Assembly (NCBI GenBank): GCA_030704615.1
Contig: CM060732.1
Location: forward strand, 77,996,001-78,060,000
DNA length: 64,000 nucleotides
Source: Takakia lepidozioides
Taxonomy: Eukaryota; Plantae; Bryophyta
Reading direction: 5' to 3'
The notes under the pieces were generated by a model. That model did not search any database and had not been told where the DNA came from. It worked only from the letters and a program-made list of their open reading frames with translations. Numbering within the stretch: position 1 is the stretch's first letter; each line of letters begins with the position of its first letter. Shown piece by piece: positions 60,240 through 64,000 of this stretch. Both the position numbers and the translations under genes were made by a program.

Positions 60240-63200
60240 CATATTTTTGTATATGCTGCCAAATGTTATGTTTCCTAAAACAAGTTCAAAAAATAAAAAA
60301 TAATTTAGCATGGCAGTTATCAATTTACTTGAACAAACACATAGATGAAATTGTTCTATCATACATATGTAAAAAATGTTTATCTGCAATTAAAAACCTA
60401 AATATCAAGTTCCCCATACAATATGTACAAACATTGTTTTGCCCTCCGTGCAAAAATTGACACAACTAGAAGAACGACTTATATCCCTCGTTTAGCATTT
60501 GCCCAAATATATAAGCTACATGGCCATGGACAATATAAGATGCATGGAAGTGTAATTAATGTTATATCAGATGTTGATCATACACAAACAATACTGCCAC
60601 GCCTCCCTTACGATGATGCTATTTTAGGTATTTACCTTAAAAGACGTCTACAATATAAATCTCCATATCTAGCAGGTAACATTCGACCTAATGTTGTTAT
60701 GTTGGCTCTACATGATTTACTTCAAACCCCATTATATGTAGATTTAAATATAACAATTCAATGGGCAAAGCCTTTTTGCTTTACATAATCAAAATTAGAG
60801 TGATGATCATGACATAGATATAGATGTTAATGACACAAATGATACATTTGAAGAAGAACAAGACAATGTTGAAACAAATACTATGATTCACAATTTTTTA
60901 CATTCTGAAACAATCCATGATTATGAAAATGCAATTTTGTCCGTAGCACCAGCAGAAAAATCTCATCCCATAGGACTTTTCAAAGACAAATACAGTGAAG
61001 AATTGAATTTCCCAACTTTATTTTTTGGCTGTTCTCGAAAACCTGATATTTACAAAAACTTTTCATATCAACAAATAGCACAGTGGGAATTACTCCACAA
61101 AAATCATAACTTTTGTACAAATATACCCAATTTATTTTTCAAAGCTTCTAAAGTATGTATTTCCAAAGTCATGTCATCAAGCTGATCCGAATTCGGAAAG
61201 GTACATTGAATGGAGGACTACTAACAGCCGCTGAGGTTCGTGGTAATCCAAATATAGATCAACTTTTTTCATAACTCTTACTAGTGCTGAACGATTGTGG
61301 GAACCTTTAATTCAAGCACTTCACAAACTAAACTATGAAAAATTAAATATACCTAACAGAATTGAGGATTTAGAACCGACACATATTGCAGAACTAATCC
61401 AAACTGATCCTATAACATGTGCTAGATACTACGACCATCGTACAACAACTTTTCAAAAAATGATAAAAAAAAAACCCAACCTTCTTGGTAAAGTAGAAGA
61501 TTTCTTTTTCGTTACTGAGTTCCAAAGCAGAGGAAGTGAACATGACCATGGTCTCATTTGGATCAAAGATGCTCCATTATTTACAATTGATAATAATGAT
61601 TAAATTCAATCTTTTGTGCAAAAATTTATTTCATGTGAAGCATCACTTTTACCACTTCATTTACAAGATGTGCAATCCCATAAACACACACACACATGTA
61701 GAAAAAAAAACCAACCTATATGTAGATTCCATTACCCTTTACCACCTATGCCTTCCACTCAAATTCTTGCCCCGCTTGAAGAAAATGAAATAGTTTCAAC
61801 ATCACGTGCTCATTTACAAGCTCAAGCTAATAAAATCTTCTTAAAACTACATGAAATGAATATGGGTGAAGATATTACTTTCCTGAATTTCTACAATCTT
61901 TAACATTAGACGAAAACACGTATATCTTAGCTTTATGAAATCGATTAACTAAGCCACAAATATTTCTTGAACGTACATTCAAAAATATACGAACGAACGC
62001 ATTTCCTAAACATGTAGCATACCTATAGTGTGCAAACACAGACATACAATATATTTTAGATCCATATGCTGCTGCCACTTATTGTACATCTTACATGACA
62101 AAACTAGACAAAACAATAACATCTGAATTACGTACAATTAACCAAAAATGTGTTGTTGACAAAGTAGATTCTGATACATGAAAAATAAAGTTGGTAATGC
62201 TTTCTTAAATTCTCAACAAATGTCTGCCCAACTTGCAGCCTACTTAGTTTTATCACTTCCTTTGCATCACAGCTCTCGCTCATTTAAGTTTATTAATACC
62301 TCACCATGTCAAAATAGGGCATTTGTGCTAAAACCTCAAAGTGCATTAGGAAAATTAGATCCACATTCCACTGACGTTATGTGTCCCTCTATTATAGATA
62401 GGTACGTACGCAGACCTATGGAATTGGATTCTTTATCTTTAGCTGAATTTTCTTCATCATATAATATTATAAATAATAAATTTATCAAATAAAAAAAATG
62501 AAAGTAATAAGATTTGTTCACTACAATAAATATAAAGATATAGAAAACTGGGCAAGAGAACACCTTCTTTTATACCATCATTTTCGAGGACGAGAAGAAC
62601 AACAAATAGGTATTCATTACACATGGCATGAAGCATATTTCGAACATGCCCAATCTATATCACAAATAAAATCTCTTTTTACATATAAACTTCATGTACA
62701 ACAGGACAACTCTAATGTTTGTTGGGATGACTTACAAACTTGTTCATTTGAATTGTCAAACCACCATAACCAAAACATGTGGACAAACATTGATCATCAA
62801 AGCAATGACGAGGACAACATGCACTTTGCTATTCCAATAATAGATAATAGTAATACAAACAGATATAACATTCACGATGATTTTTACATTAGACCTCGTA
62901 ATACACGCATAACATCCGTTCACAATGAAGATAACTCTTCTTTATCAAGATGCCCAACCCTAATGGATGAACAACAATTTCGTTGTCTTCTAAGAGAGCT
63001 TAATCCGGAACAAAGATGTATTTTTGACGACTGTATGTTCCGCAAAAGAGTACACCCCACTAAACCAATACATTTATTTCTAACAGGAGGTGCTGGTATA
63101 GGTAAAACATTTACATTAAAACTAATTATTCAAGGTTTATTACGATTATACAACCAACAGCTTGGGTCTGATCCCACTAAAATCAAAGCTATACTTATGG

Positions 63201-64000
63201 CTTATACAAGGAAGGCTGCATTTAACATTGATGGTTCCACTATACACTCCACAATATGTATACCGATAAATCAAAATTTAACACACATATCAAAACTATC
63301 ATCAGATACACTAAACAAATTGACAGCTCAATATGAACAACTACAACTTGCAGATATTGACGAAATATCCTTAGTCGGTAGCAAAATGTTTGAAGCCATT
63401 GACCAAAGATTACGATCTATTAAGCATATACATAACCATTTTTTTGGAAACTTAGATGTCGTAATGACTGGAGATTTCTACCAAGCTCCAGTAAGAGATA
63501 GATGGATATTTAAAAAACTGCAATCTGGACTAGACGCCCTTGCGCCCCACAGTTGACATACACATGTCAAATGCTATGAATTGCAAACAGTTATGCGTAA
63601 ATCTGATGACACATTTATTGAAATACTTAATTGGTTTCAAACAGCATCACAAACAATTGAAGATATAAATACCATAAATAGTCTATGCCTAAAGACTCCA
63701 CCCCTTACCCCAACACTACCATACATATACTACACTAACGAATTAACCCGTGCACATAATGATTATATTTTTTTCCATAACCTCAGGCCAAATTTATAAT
63801 TTCGAAGCTATTGATGTACGACATCATTCATGCCCTCCATTTCTAGATTTAAGCAAAGACCCATCCAAAACAGCGGGTCTCCACCATATCATCCGGTTAA
63901 AAAAAGATATGTTGGTGGAGCTATGTGCTGGCAACTATCAAACATCTGATGGTCTAGTGAATGGTGTAGATGGTACATTTCAAACAACAATATCTACCAA
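60240..64000 (+). pseudogene. RepHel transposase: HUH Rep plus PIF1-family helicase, Helentron-type, fragmented and truncated by the window edge
   Basis: RLAFAQI...GQYKMHGSVINV..ILPR; APAE...EELNFPTLFFG; FFITLTSAE; DPITCARYYDHR; TEFQSRGSEHDHGLIW; QSHKHTHTC..CRFHYP; DIQYILDPYAAATYCTSYMTK. Helicase motifs: LTGGAGIGKT, IDGSTIHS, DEISLVG, FGNLDVVMTGDFYQ, DGLVNG. Many stops and a deletion near 61262. Confidence 0.93.

Larger units (their letters stand above)
50870..64000 (+). mobile_element. Large degenerate Helentron/Helitron2-like rolling-circle element (left boundary not identified, runs off the window)
   Basis: A co-oriented, similarly decayed series: orphan ORF, palindrome array, RPA-like gene, RepHel. 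No terminus was recognised, so inclusion of the upstream modules is inferred. Confidence 0.5.

Overview
Nuclear DNA of a land plant. It is most likely a non-seed plant and probably a bryophyte (inference from a Cys-less germin-like protein, very homogeneous PLS-DYW PPR repeats and a Helentron-type Rep). The left 27 kb is gene-rich. It holds two small conserved plant genes, a decayed and an intact PLS-class DYW RNA-editing PPR gene, a 3-exon MIF/tautomerase (MDL) gene, a disrupted intronless fungal/bacterial-type 2OG-Fe(II) oxygenase, a 10-exon GRDP (DUF1399) gene, and a minisatellite with 18 CCACGTCA bZIP motifs between GRDP and the DYW gene. The right 37 kb is mostly transposon-derived around one germin-like gene. 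It holds a degenerate Ty3/Gypsy element nested in a foldback element, a tRNA-derived SINE, a cluster of non-autonomous Helitrons, a PIF/Harbinger transposase relic, and a large Helentron-like element running off the right edge. The best candidates for something undescribed are (i) the Gypsy lineage with an ORF0-gag-PR-dUTPase-RT-RH-spacer-IN layout, tRNA-Ala PBS and 4-bp TSD, and (ii) the Helentron-like element with an RPA-like gene, a repeat-rich orphan ORF and an origin-like palindrome array. All family assignments come from motif recognition by eye; no searches were run.
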